The notes: generated from the letters alone by a model not told the origin. Counted from the first letter of the stretch, positions 17,750 through 26,678 are shown. The stretch is 38,749 nt of DNA from Candidatus Pacearchaeota archaeon (GCA_050124795.1 JASFEO010000013.1:1-38749), one strand, 5' to 3'. Numbers and translations: made by a program.

Positions 17750-17863
17750 TTATTTTTTCCTTAAATCACTGCTTCGAAACTTACCGCCTTTTTTATAAGG
17801 ATGCTTTTTTTTCTCTCGCTTTTTATCTTTTCTTTTATTTCGTCGCTCACTGTCTCTTGCCAT
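17750..17863 (-). CDS. Unannotated 37-aa highly basic peptide
   Basis: Manual translation MARDSERRNKRKDKKREKKKHPYKKGGKFRSSDLRKK*; fills the gap between the last pilin and the peptidase on the same strand. Confidence 0.6.
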   Translation of the reverse strand: MARDSERRNKRKDKKREKKKHPYKKGGKFRSSDLRKK

Positions 17864-17879
17864 TTTAAATTAAGAAAAA

Positions 17880-18329
17880 TTAAGATCGCTCACAGCAAAT
17901 ATTTTTTCCATCAACTTTTGGAATATCTGCGCAGTTTGGATTTGTTACAACATTCATGCCATCCCCAACACATTCATTTAATGAAGTTACCCATGAATAG
18001 GTTTTTCCTTCTGTAGAAGGGCAAATTGATGAACAATCTTCTACTCCGATTTTTTTATCAATTAAATCTTCGCAGGTATACTCACCATCCTCAAAAGATG
18101 CTCCTTTAACTTCTCTTTTCATATTACAAAAACCATCCACACTATTTGTCGAGCATGCAACATTGCATTGAGTTACAATTGTATCAATATTATTTCCTCC
18201 TCCAAGCCAAGGAGCAATTTTATTCCATCCGATTGTAAAACCAATTATTAAAACAGCCAAAACTACAACTCCCAAAACAATTAATATAATTGCATTAGTG
18301 CTCAAACCCTGACCTCTTCTATTTTCCAT
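17880..18329 (-). CDS. Type IV pilin-like protein, Cys-rich (major pilin candidate)
   Basis: MENRRG/QGLSTNAIILIVLGVVVLAVLIIGF class III signal; own TATA-like TTTTTAAA about 25 nt upstream. Confidence 0.85.
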   Translation of the reverse strand: MENRRGQGLSTNAIILIVLGVVVLAVLIIGFTIGWNKIAPWLGGGNNIDTIVTQCNVACSTNSVDGFCNMKREVKGASFEDGEYTCEDLIDKKIGVEDCSSICPSTEGKTYSWVTSLNECVGDGMNVVTNPNCADIPKVDGKNICCERS

Positions 18330-18369
18330 GAATTATACAAGTTAAATTGATTTAAAAATGTTTCTTTGT

Positions 18370-18705
18370 CTAAGGCACAAACTTATACTCAACTTCAAAA
18401 ATTAATTCATCACTATTTCTTGATTCTTCATGAATTAAATAACTTCCATCACTGTTTTTTTGAATATAAATTTGATTTCCTAAATCAGTTATTTTTTTAT
18501 CAATTAAACTTTGAAAATTAATTCCTTTTTTTTCATAAAAACTTATTTGTTCAGAAATTGACAAAACATCTTCTATTAAATAAGGTCCGATAAGAGCATT
18601 TCCCCTTGAACTTAATGAAAAACTAAAACTCAAAATTGCCAAAATGCAAATTCCAACAACACCGATTACAAGAATTATTACAGGAATGTCTCCTCGTTTA
18701 TTCAT
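18370..18705 (-). CDS. Type IV pilin-like protein
   Basis: MNKRG/DIPVIILVIGVVGICILAIL; start set at ATG 18705 (GAGGGG SD-like motif, ATGAATAA overlap with the upstream stop). Confidence 0.8.
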   Translation of the reverse strand: MNKRGDIPVIILVIGVVGICILAILSFSFSLSSRGNALIGPYLIEDVLSISEQISFYEKKGINFQSLIDKKITDLGNQIYIQKNSDGSYLIHEESRNSDELIFEVEYKFVP

Positions 18706-19141
18706 TTTTCCCCTCATCAAATTTTAATTCTATTTTTTTATTTCCTAAATTAAAAGTAAAATAAGCATATTTGCTTTTATCGTCGGGAAAAGAGTAAACT
18801 ATTACTGACTTTTTGGAGATTTCATTATCAATAAAAACCCGGAAATTCCATTGTCGATCTTCAGAAATCCCCTCAAGAAAATTTTCAACTTTAGGTTTAA
18901 TGGAAGTGTAATCTTCATTTTGAATTGAGTTTTTCAAATCATTAAAATTATTTTCATATGAAAAAAAAGAAACAGCAGATTCTGTGATAACCAAATCATT
19001 CGAAATATAAGGATTAAAAGTTTTTTCTTTCCCAAAATTAATTTTAACAATAAAAATTGAAACAGACAAAATAAAAATTATTGCAATTGTTGCAACAACC
19101 CACGTCATTGTTTCACCGATTTGCCCTCGACGATTATTCAT
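18698..19141 (-). CDS. Type IV pilin-like protein
   Basis: MNNRRG/QIGETMTWVVATIAIIFILSVSIFIV; ATGAATAA overlap. Confidence 0.82.
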   Translation of the reverse strand: MNNRRGQIGETMTWVVATIAIIFILSVSIFIVKINFGKEKTFNPYISNDLVITESAVSFFSYENNFNDLKNSIQNEDYTSIKPKVENFLEGISEDRQWNFRVFIDNEISKKSVIVYSFPDDKSKYAYFTFNLGNKKIELKFDEGKNE

Positions 19142-19622
19142 TTTTCTCAGTCTTCCTAATTATAGATTTAATTTTCACAATATACTGCTCTTTATTTTTT
19201 ATTGAATACAAATTCCTCTCAACACAAATTAAACCCTTGTCGCGAAACCCTTCCAAATTTTCATTGCCAATAGAAATTGACTTTATTGTATTTTTATCTT
19301 CGAAATTTTCAAAATCAATCTTTACAAAAATCTGGTCCTCCTGCCAACCATTTGTATCCTCAACATTAAAATTCAAATTGCATTTCTCAAAAAAATTCTC
19401 TTCACTAAACAAAGCCCAATCATCAATTAATTCTCCTCCATGATTCAAACAATCTGCAACCTTGTCAATTAAAATTTCTGCTTCAATTTCCCGAACATCA
19501 TATTTCCCCCCATAAAACAAGGCAGCCATATAAACAATCCCTCCTGCAACAATAAATAAAATCGCAAACCAATAAACAGAAATTACTTTGTCACCCCCTT
19601 TTTTATTTTTTATTAAACTCAT
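19134..19622 (-). CDS. Type IV pilin-like protein
   Basis: MSLIKNKKG/GDKVISVYWFAILFIVAGGIVYM; ATGA overlap. Confidence 0.8.
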   Translation of the reverse strand: MSLIKNKKGGDKVISVYWFAILFIVAGGIVYMAALFYGGKYDVREIEAEILIDKVADCLNHGGELIDDWALFSEENFFEKCNLNFNVEDTNGWQEDQIFVKIDFENFEDKNTIKSISIGNENLEGFRDKGLICVERNLYSIKNKEQYIVKIKSIIRKTEKNE

Positions 19623-20059
19623 TTTTCTTTTTTAATTACCTCAAATTTAAACATATCACTCGTAGGATAAAAATATAAAATATCAAAATCAACATCATTA
19701 AAAAAAGAATAAGAATAGCCTCCCTTCTCGCGAAGTTTTACAGTCACAGTATTTCCATTAATCATAACAATCTTCTTATTCAAATAATCTTCTTTTTTTG
19801 CCTGATCAACTGCATCTTTCATATTCAAACTTATACTCATCCCGGGTTTTGCAGAATCAATAATCAAAGCAATTTTCTTTGCATACATCTCCTCCCTCGC
19901 AGCAGCATCTCCCATCTTAGTATAAAGAAATAAAATGAGAATTGAAAGAAAAACCAAATTAAGAATAATAAATAAAATATTCTCAACTAAAATAGTTCCC
20001 TTATGATTTTTCTTAAAAAAATCATAATGAGAAATCTTTGATTTCACCTTTTTTTTCAT
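19619..20059 (-). CDS. Type IV pilin-like protein
   Basis: Basic leader ...KKNHKG/TILVENILFIILNLVFLSILILFL, Glu at +5. Confidence 0.8.
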   Translation of the reverse strand: MKKKVKSKISHYDFFKKNHKGTILVENILFIILNLVFLSILILFLYTKMGDAAAREEMYAKKIALIIDSAKPGMSISLNMKDAVDQAKKEDYLNKKIVMINGNTVTVKLREKGGYSYSFFNDVDFDILYFYPTSDMFKFEVIKKEK

Positions 20060-20089
20060 TACAATAAAAAAGAATCCTAATTAATAAAA

Positions 20090-20896
20090 TTATGCCTTTG
20101 TTAAATATTTATCACATCCAATTTTTTCATAATTCTCAGTTGTCTTCTCTAAAACAATAACAGGCAAACTATCCAATTCCTTTTCTTCATCATCCTCTGC
20201 AAAATAATTCACAATCCCTATTATAATTCCAGGTTTTGTAAAACTAAACGCCTCTGAAAAAGTTCCCTTCTTTCCAAGCGCAGTCAAAACAAAATATTGC
20301 TTGTCAAACTCAAAAAAATTCCCAAGATAAGAACTTCCAAAATCATCAGGATTATCTGTATTATATAAATAACTCAAATAAGTCTCTCCATCTTTTTCCT
20401 TTTTCAGATAATTATAAAATTCAGAATAACTTATTGCCCCGCCCAATTCTTTATTCTCCTGCATACTTTCATCAAATGCAATAATCGAACAGATTGAACA
20501 AGCCTTATTATTCTTAAAATTTATTCCTCCTACATAATCAACTTTTCCCTCGCCAAACATCCACCAGCAATCAACCATTTCATCTGCGATTTTTTCCATA
20601 ACTTCTTCTTTTGGGGTTTCCATTTCAAGTTTTATTGTTTCACTTGGATTAATTCCTTCACATTCCCCTCCCCCTGAAATGCAAACATAGCTTGTCTTGC
20701 AGTCAAGCGAACCACTCGGTAGTTTAGATTGTGATTTCATAACAACTGAATTATGGCAAACCTCCTTGTCAGTTATCTCACCCAAATTAAGCCGAAAAAT
20801 AAAAAATAAAATCACTGCAAAACTTGTAATTAAAATTATCAGCATGACTATCTGCTGCGTTGTTAATTCTCCTTTTTTATTTTTTATTTTTTTCAT
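20090..20896 (-). CDS. Large type IV pilin-like protein with Cys pairs
   Basis: Start reassigned to ATG 20896: MKKIKNKKG/ELTTQQIVMLIILITSFAVILFFIF; CWWMFGEG, CSIC. Confidence 0.85.
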   Translation of the reverse strand: MKKIKNKKGELTTQQIVMLIILITSFAVILFFIFRLNLGEITDKEVCHNSVVMKSQSKLPSGSLDCKTSYVCISGGGECEGINPSETIKLEMETPKEEVMEKIADEMVDCWWMFGEGKVDYVGGINFKNNKACSICSIIAFDESMQENKELGGAISYSEFYNYLKKEKDGETYLSYLYNTDNPDDFGSSYLGNFFEFDKQYFVLTALGKKGTFSEAFSFTKPGIIIGIVNYFAEDDEEKELDSLPVIVLEKTTENYEKIGCDKYLTKA

Positions 20897-20997
20897 CACA
20901 TTACCCCCAATCTTTTTAACATAAAATAAATTCCTGCAAGAGCTACTCCAAAAAAAACAATCCAAATTAAATATTTTATCACTTCATCTAAATTCAT
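20896..20997 (-). CDS. Unannotated 33-aa single-TM peptide in the pilin operon
   Basis: MNLDEVIKYLIWIVFFGVALAGIYFMLKRLGVM*; ATGA overlap with the upstream stop and TGATG overlap with the downstream start. Confidence 0.75.
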   Translation of the reverse strand: MNLDEVIKYLIWIVFFGVALAGIYFMLKRLGVM

Positions 20998-21437
20998 TTT
21001 GTTATTTCTCCGTTATTAATTAAAATTTTAACAGGAGGATTTTCGATTTTTATTTTTTCATTTACAACTAAATCACTTTCCATACAATGTCCTAATTCAT
21101 CACAATCCCCTGAAAGATCTTCACCAAACAAATGAAAATCCTCCTCACAAATACATAAGCATTTTTCCCAGCCTAAATTAGAACATCTATTTGGCAATCC
21201 ATTTGCCAAAGAAAAAGAAACCAAAACCAAATCCTCAAGATTATAAATTAAAACTTCCCCCAACTCAGAATCACGAATTAAATTCTCAAGTGTCGCCTTT
21301 GCTAATTCCAAATCCTTATTTTGCTGATTCCTTAAATATAATGAAGTTAAAAAATAAATTAAAAACCCAATTGCAATCACAGCTATAATAATTTTCAAAG
21401 TTTCTTCTGCCAACAAGAATCCTTTTTTATTTTTCAT
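20994..21437 (-). CDS. Type IV pilin-like protein
   Basis: MKNKKG/FLLAEETLKIIIAVIAIGFLIYFL, Glu at +5; CLCIC Cys cluster. Confidence 0.85.
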   Translation of the reverse strand: MKNKKGFLLAEETLKIIIAVIAIGFLIYFLTSLYLRNQQNKDLELAKATLENLIRDSELGEVLIYNLEDLVLVSFSLANGLPNRCSNLGWEKCLCICEEDFHLFGEDLSGDCDELGHCMESDLVVNEKIKIENPPVKILINNGEITK

Positions 21438-21586
21438 TTTACTAAACCCAAAATTAATTCAGGCAAATTTTTAAAATAATCAACAACATAATTTTTAATA
21501 AACAAGCCAACCCCGATAACAACTGCAACAACAACAAGTATTCCAAGAATAATTTTTATAAGCTGTGAAATAGTAAGTTCTGCCAT
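21434..21586 (-). CDS. Unannotated 50-aa pilin-helix-like peptide
   Basis: MAELTISQLIKIILGILVVVAVVIGVGLFIKNYVVDYFKNLPELILGLVK*; ATG directly follows the upstream TAA; ATGA overlap with the downstream pilin. Confidence 0.75.
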   Translation of the reverse strand: MAELTISQLIKIILGILVVVAVVIGVGLFIKNYVVDYFKNLPELILGLVK

Positions 21587-21733
21587 TTAAAACCTAAATA
21601 AATTTTTAATTTTATCAATCAATGAAATTCCTTTTTCCCTTAAAACAAAAATCGCAACCAGGATTAATGCAAGAAGCGCAATTGCAATTAAAACCCACGG
21701 CAAATAATCATTTACAATTCCTCTTTTTTTCAT
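21587..21733 (-). CDS. Unannotated 48-aa micro-pilin with class III signal
   Basis: MKKRG/IVNDYLPWVLIAIALLALILVAIFVLREKGISLIDKIKNLFRF*; TATA-like TTTATTAA about 25 nt upstream. Confidence 0.78.
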   Translation of the reverse strand: MKKRGIVNDYLPWVLIAIALLALILVAIFVLREKGISLIDKIKNLFRF

Positions 21734-21765
21734 AAATTAAAATAAGAAAGAGAATTAATAAATCT

Positions 21766-21999
21766 TTAGTTAGAATCACCTGCAACAGTTTCAAGTTTTT
21801 TTCTATTACAAACTATTTGTTTTTTAAAAAAATCAACTTCTTCAAAATGTTTTTTTAAAGCTCTCTCAATATTTTCATATCCACATCTCTTATAAATTAT
21901 TTTGTCATAATCAGCGCGTATCCCTTTAGCAACTTTTTCCATCTCTCCACAAAGATTATTTATTAAATCTAAAATATCATTTTCCTGATTAGATTCCAT
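21766..21999 (-). CDS. Small helical hypothetical protein (77 aa)
   Basis: ATG start with TTTAAAA upstream; fills the gap between the platform gene and the pilins. Confidence 0.6.
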   Translation of the reverse strand: MESNQENDILDLINNLCGEMEKVAKGIRADYDKIIYKRCGYENIERALKKHFEEVDFFKKQIVCNRKKLETVAGDSN

Positions 22000-22047
22000 T
22001 TAATTGCAAAAAACTTAAGCTTTTAAATTTTTATATTCAAAAATTCT

Positions 22048-24216
22048 CTAAATATTTCCCAGAACAATTGAACTTAAGAAAAACAAGGCAAGAGTTGAAA
22101 CTAAGGCAGTTATAAAATAAAGTAAAATTCCTCTTCGCAAATTTAAGCCAACCTTATAAGTTTTTTCCAGTTTGTCCTCGCCGGAGTCAACTGTGACTAA
22201 TGCCTTTGTTAAAATAAAAATTATTTCAATTAAATAAATTCCAATTGCAATCTGCAAATAATAAGGCGGAATCATTTTAGTTAAATCAAATATCCCCAAT
22301 AAAGCACTTAAATTTCCAACACCTGCATTATCCAAATTTCCCAATTGAATTTTATTTAAAATAAATGCAATCATTGCAGCTAAGCCGACGACAATACCTG
22401 AAAGTAAAGGGGCTAAAAAAGTCATATTGCTCTTCATGTCGGAGACAACCTCCGCCAGTAAATCCCTTAATCTATCAGTAATCTTTTGAATATTTTTTAC
22501 ATACTCAGAAATACTCATCAAACTTACCGCCGCAATTCGGAGACCCTTTTTGCTTGATTCAATCAAAACCCTCATGCTTGTTGCAATTAAATTCGACGGA
22601 TAAAATGCAATTGCTCCCCGGGACGTATCAAAAATCGCTTTCTCAACACTCATTCCCATTTGCTGAATATTATAATTAACTCTTCTAAAAAAATCTTCAG
22701 TCTTAAGTCCTTTTGAACTTTCAGCAACTCGCCCGAAAACAAGTTCAGCAGGCATCCCATTTCCCATTCTATTCCCAAGTTGAAATAATGAATTATTAAA
22801 TTCCCTCTCCAAATCTTTTGTCCTCCGTCGCTCTTTAATTAATTCCTTTGTTCTTTTTTTATAAACAATTGAAAAAAATAGCGCCACACCTAATGGAAAA
22901 AACATTCCGCAAATTAATGCTCCAAGACCAAAGGGTCCGACAAGATTACTGCCATCCTGCTTAAAATCAAAAACATTTCCCTCAAAAAAACTCAAACCCA
23001 AATCTGAAAAACTATAATCATTTTGCAAACCAAAAATTCCCGGAATCGGAGTGTTGCCAAAAACAAGCGGCAAAATACTAATTAGAAAAAATGGAAGACA
23101 AATCAAAAAAGTCGTAAAATAAGCCGACTTGCTTTCATATTTGTAATAATAAGGATTTTTTTCCAAGAGCCTTGTCTCACCATAACCTCCTGGCCGAAGC
23201 ATTAAAATTTTGTCAGTCAGATAATATGAAAGAAATGGAAAAATCAAGACATACAAAATAAAAACATGATGCCATTGAATTAAGCCCCCAACCATCGCGG
23301 ATGCCAAAGGCAAAAGCGCAATTCCCAAAACAGGCAAAACTACTGTCAGCATATAAATATTCACAAGAGGGCTTCGAACATCATGAGTGAATTTAAGCAT
23401 TTTATTATAAACCCCGTCGAGCACAACCTGCAAAGATTTCTCAAGTGTCTGAATTCTTCTGTTGTTATCCGGCTCAAACAAACTTGACTCAATCAAATGA
23501 AACGCCTCAATAAATTCAACAGAATAATCTCTCCATCCTTCAAGATAATTATCTAGACTCTCTTTTATCGTTGGGAATTTTCCGACCTCAACATTATAAA
23601 AAACTTTTCTAAAATCAAGAGCTAACGGCGGCCCCAAATGCTGCGCAGCAAATGCAACTGCCTTTTCCAAATTCGCAGTATGCCTCATGTAAACAACAAC
23701 ATATAAAATTGCAGGAACCATCTGGCTTGACGCTTTCAGTCTCCACTTATTTGCAAGCCTTTGAGGATAACCATTAACAAAATAAAATAAAAATAAAGAC
23801 AAAACAATCATCAAGAAAAAAAACAAAAACGGAAAATTAGAAATTGCCCCTGAAACAAAATCAGCCTGCCGACTTCCTTTAATTAAAGCGATTGCAGCGG
23901 AAACAAAAAGCCCGATTAAAAAAACTCCTATAAAACTCATTACACTTAACCCAAGAGCCTGCCATGGTTCAATATCAAGATGCGCAATTTCCAAAAACCT
24001 TCTAACCTTTGCAGAATCTTTCTCACTTACTTTTAGTTTTATAATATTCCCTAAACTTTTGCACCATCTCTCAAAACGAGTTAATTCAGAAGCAAGTTCA
24101 CCCTTAAACTTAACATACTCTTTTGAATAATTCACATTATCAACATTCGTTGTCTTAATCTGATTTTCAATCTTTGCCCCGTATTTTTTCAAAACTTCAT
24201 CTGTTCTCATTTTCAC
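22048..24216 (-). CDS. Type IV pilus / T2SS F-type membrane platform protein (TadB/TadC- or ArlJ-like, two domains)
   Basis: 722 aa with TM clusters and two T2SS-F-like cytoplasmic domains (ANLEKAVAFAA...PLALDF; LFQLGNRMGNGMPAE); same locus as the secretion ATPase. Start may be GTG 24216 or ATG 24210. Confidence 0.82.
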   Translation of the reverse strand: MKMRTDEVLKKYGAKIENQIKTTNVDNVNYSKEYVKFKGELASELTRFERWCKSLGNIIKLKVSEKDSAKVRRFLEIAHLDIEPWQALGLSVMSFIGVFLIGLFVSAAIALIKGSRQADFVSGAISNFPFLFFFLMIVLSLFLFYFVNGYPQRLANKWRLKASSQMVPAILYVVVYMRHTANLEKAVAFAAQHLGPPLALDFRKVFYNVEVGKFPTIKESLDNYLEGWRDYSVEFIEAFHLIESSLFEPDNNRRIQTLEKSLQVVLDGVYNKMLKFTHDVRSPLVNIYMLTVVLPVLGIALLPLASAMVGGLIQWHHVFILYVLIFPFLSYYLTDKILMLRPGGYGETRLLEKNPYYYKYESKSAYFTTFLICLPFFLISILPLVFGNTPIPGIFGLQNDYSFSDLGLSFFEGNVFDFKQDGSNLVGPFGLGALICGMFFPLGVALFFSIVYKKRTKELIKERRRTKDLEREFNNSLFQLGNRMGNGMPAELVFGRVAESSKGLKTEDFFRRVNYNIQQMGMSVEKAIFDTSRGAIAFYPSNLIATSMRVLIESSKKGLRIAAVSLMSISEYVKNIQKITDRLRDLLAEVVSDMKSNMTFLAPLLSGIVVGLAAMIAFILNKIQLGNLDNAGVGNLSALLGIFDLTKMIPPYYLQIAIGIYLIEIIFILTKALVTVDSGEDKLEKTYKVGLNLRRGILLYFITALVSTLALFFLSSIVLGNI

Positions 24217-24614
24217 CTCTTTAACTTATTATTAACCAGGCTTTTTAATTTTTTAATTATTTGCTTGATTTTAATCTCTTTATTTTCCAGATATGAAAAA
24301 TCTATTTTCGTTCCTTCATAGGAGATTCTATTCCTGACTATTCTTAAATTATCAACTAACATAATTTCAGAAGAACTAATTTCAGAATAATTTGACTTTA
24401 AATAAACAATTAAATCCTTGTGGCTTAAAGTTTTATAACCATCTATTAAAAGCAAAATAGTTATTAGCTCTTTTATGATTTCATAATAACAAGAGATTAT
24501 CAAAGATGAAAATTTATCTTTATCCTGGACTTTTATTCGCTCTTCAATTAAATTAATCATTTCTAAAATATTTTTAGATTTTTCTTTGTCAGGAGTGACT
24601 TTTATTAAACCCAT
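24213..24614 (-). CDS. HEPN-domain protein (partner of the upstream MNT)
   Basis: YY...L...GYK..SH N-terminal part and LRIVRNRISYEG (R-x4-Y variant of the HEPN motif); TAATG coupling to the MNT. Confidence 0.8.
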   Translation of the reverse strand: MGLIKVTPDKEKSKNILEMINLIEERIKVQDKDKFSSLIISCYYEIIKELITILLLIDGYKTLSHKDLIVYLKSNYSEISSSEIMLVDNLRIVRNRISYEGTKIDFSYLENKEIKIKQIIKKLKSLVNNKLKR

Positions 24615-25147
24615 TAAAAAACCTCCAAATACCCTTTTAATTTAATTCCATTAATAATATTATTTTTTAACTCTTTGTTCAACTTTGAAAAATCCTTTTC
24701 AAAAAAAACATGGATTTCACGATTTAATTTCTTTTCAAATTTTTTAAAACTCATTTTTTTTTCTTTTGATTCTACAAATAAGTCAATATCACTCCCCCCA
24801 ATATCTTCCCCTCTTTGAGCAGAACCATATAAAACAATTGAACCCGGATGACAATCATCCCAGATAAAATCTATTAAACCTGAAGAGTTTAGTCTTTCAA
24901 GCATATTTAATATTTTATAATTTTTAAAAACACCGTTATCATTATCCCGGGCGGCCTTAAAAGACGGATAAATTCCTTTATTAATTTTAATTATCAATCT
25001 CTCCTTAATTAATTCTTCTATATATTTTTTAACAGAAGTCACAGCTACATTTGTCTTTCTGCTGATTTCCCGAAGATAAAATTTCTCCAAAGGGCAATCA
25101 AAAAACAATTCCAAAATCTTTTTTTTATTATTTTTAATCTGTAACAT
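24614..25147 (-). CDS. HTH plus minimal nucleotidyltransferase (MNT antitoxin-like)
   Basis: N-terminal wHTH (YLREISRKTNVAVTSVKKYIEELIKERLI); GS-x10-DxD motif GSAQRGEDIGGSDID. Confidence 0.9.
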   Translation of the reverse strand: MLQIKNNKKKILELFFDCPLEKFYLREISRKTNVAVTSVKKYIEELIKERLIIKINKGIYPSFKAARDNDNGVFKNYKILNMLERLNSSGLIDFIWDDCHPGSIVLYGSAQRGEDIGGSDIDLFVESKEKKMSFKKFEKKLNREIHVFFEKDFSKLNKELKNNIINGIKLKGYLEVF

Positions 25148-25196
25148 TTTTAGTTCACATGTAACAATATTAGAACAAATGTTTTATAAATGTTAC
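25141..25196 (-). promoter_or_regulatory. MNT-HEPN promoter with candidate operator boxes
   Basis: Minus strand reads GTAACA-TTTATAAA-(16 nt)-TGTTAC-(14 nt)-TGTTAC; the hexamers flank the TATA box and the last one overlaps the ATG. Confidence 0.5.
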
Positions 25197-25216
25197 GCTC
25201 CTGAATTTTTAACTAA

Positions 25217-26416
25217 TCACCTTCTTCTTGATTCAATTGAATCCTTGATAAAAAAAGTCAAAACAAAATTAAAAATCATAAACCCGCTAAACAAAATAAA
25301 AATAAATTTAAAAGGCAAAAAGAAAAGTAAAGCTGAAGAAGAAAGTCTTGCAATTGAACCAAGCAAAGTATCTGCTGTATTAAATGGTCCGTAAAATCTT
25401 AAGTGCTGCTTTTTCCCGAGGACATCAAAAAAATATGCCTCAGTTGTTGATTCAAGCATTGCCATGCCAAAACTTGCAAGAACTAAAATTAAAAGCAAAA
25501 CATAAATATTAAAAATAAAAAAGCAAACTAAAGAAAAAACTCCTACAATAAAATAACCAATTCTAAAAATTTTCTTAAAACCTTTTCTTGATGCAAGAGT
25601 TGAAAAATAATATTCTCCTAAAACTAATGGAACTGCAATTGCAAAAAGAAAATATCCCACAAGCAATTCTGAAAAACCTGCTTCAACAATATAAACAGGA
25701 ACAAAAATATAAATTAAACTCCACCAGACACTCACACCTCCTGAGAGCAAATATGCAAAAACACGATTTTTATTTCGAAAAAAATCAATAAAATTTTTCA
25801 TCATATCCCCGTCAAGTTTCTTTTTTATTTCTGAATCCTTCATTTTTGAAAACCTAACAACAAAAAACGAAAACAACAGGATAAGTGAAGTAATAAAAAA
25901 CACAAAACCAAATCCATAAGAACTCAAAAGATACCCTGCAATCAACGGACCAATTACCCAGGCAATATTTTCAACAGCATAAAGAAACCCTTCATTCTTT
26001 ACTAAATTTTTTCTTTTTGAATAATCTTTTACAATTATCCCAAAACTTGTAATCCGCAAAGACTTAAAAAAAGCAAGAGGGATCACAATTAAAATAAGCA
26101 AAATAAAACTTGAAAAAATTGAAAATAAAAAAAATGATAAAACATAAATAATTAATGAAAGCAAATATAATTTTACCCTGTCATTTTTCTCAACTAATGG
26201 AATTACAAAAAAATAAGAAATAAAAGAAATAAAAGTTATCAGAGCTGAAACCAAACCAACTAAAAAAACAGAATGAACAAAACTGTCAATATAAAGCGCC
26301 CAAACTGTATCAACAAAAGAAACACCCAGGCCGGTTAAAACACTCACAAAAGTTATAATATAAATTTTTTTGTCTTCTAACAATCTTTTGCCTGCAAATA
26401 AGTTTTTCATTTTCAC
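25217..26416 (-). CDS. Major facilitator superfamily transporter
   Basis: About 12 hydrophobic segments in two halves; IGPLIAGYL and LASRKGFKK MFS-type motifs. Confidence 0.9.
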   Translation of the reverse strand: MKMKNLFAGKRLLEDKKIYIITFVSVLTGLGVSFVDTVWALYIDSFVHSVFLVGLVSALITFISFISYFFVIPLVEKNDRVKLYLLSLIIYVLSFFLFSIFSSFILLILIVIPLAFFKSLRITSFGIIVKDYSKRKNLVKNEGFLYAVENIAWVIGPLIAGYLLSSYGFGFVFFITSLILLFSFFVVRFSKMKDSEIKKKLDGDMMKNFIDFFRNKNRVFAYLLSGGVSVWWSLIYIFVPVYIVEAGFSELLVGYFLFAIAVPLVLGEYYFSTLASRKGFKKIFRIGYFIVGVFSLVCFFIFNIYVLLLILVLASFGMAMLESTTEAYFFDVLGKKQHLRFYGPFNTADTLLGSIARLSSSALLFFLPFKFIFILFSGFMIFNFVLTFFIKDSIESRRR

Positions 26417-26462
26417 TTCTTTTTTTAAAAAAAGAAATAAGGATTATTAAATCTTTAGAAAA

Positions 26463-26645
26463 TTAAATTGAAGCTAAAATTCTGTCATTGAGTTGTTCAA
26501 TTTGATAACTATAAAAAAATCTTCCATTGGGATAAATTCTTTTTTCTTTTTGCTGTTCAATATATTCACAAGTTACTTCTTCAGGTTTAATTCCATCATG
26601 CTCTGCGATTAATCTTATAAAAAGTTCATCTAATTTTTCTGTCAT
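26463..26645 (-). CDS. Small hypothetical protein (60 aa)
   Basis: ATG start with TTTAAAAA about 25 nt upstream; fills the gap after the ATPase. Confidence 0.5.
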   Translation of the reverse strand: MTEKLDELFIRLIAEHDGIKPEEVTCEYIEQQKEKRIYPNGRFFYSYQIEQLNDRILASI

Positions 26646-26678
26646 AAATTAAAACAAGATTTTTTATTTTTTAAATAT

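Noticed and set aside
17801-18016. 71-aa plus-strand ORF
   Set aside because: Antisense to the pilin and the basic peptide; its Phe/Leu richness mirrors Lys/Arg codons on the coding strand.
20897-20965. N-terminal extension of the 291-aa pilin in the ORF track
   Set aside because: It starts at TTG, buries the class III leader, and is better explained by the 33-aa ORF in another frame.
21434-21733. Stop-codon readthrough fusing the 48-aa and 50-aa ORFs (in-frame TAA-ATG)
   Set aside because: TAA is the main stop codon throughout the window and an ATG follows directly; two coupled genes is the simpler reading.
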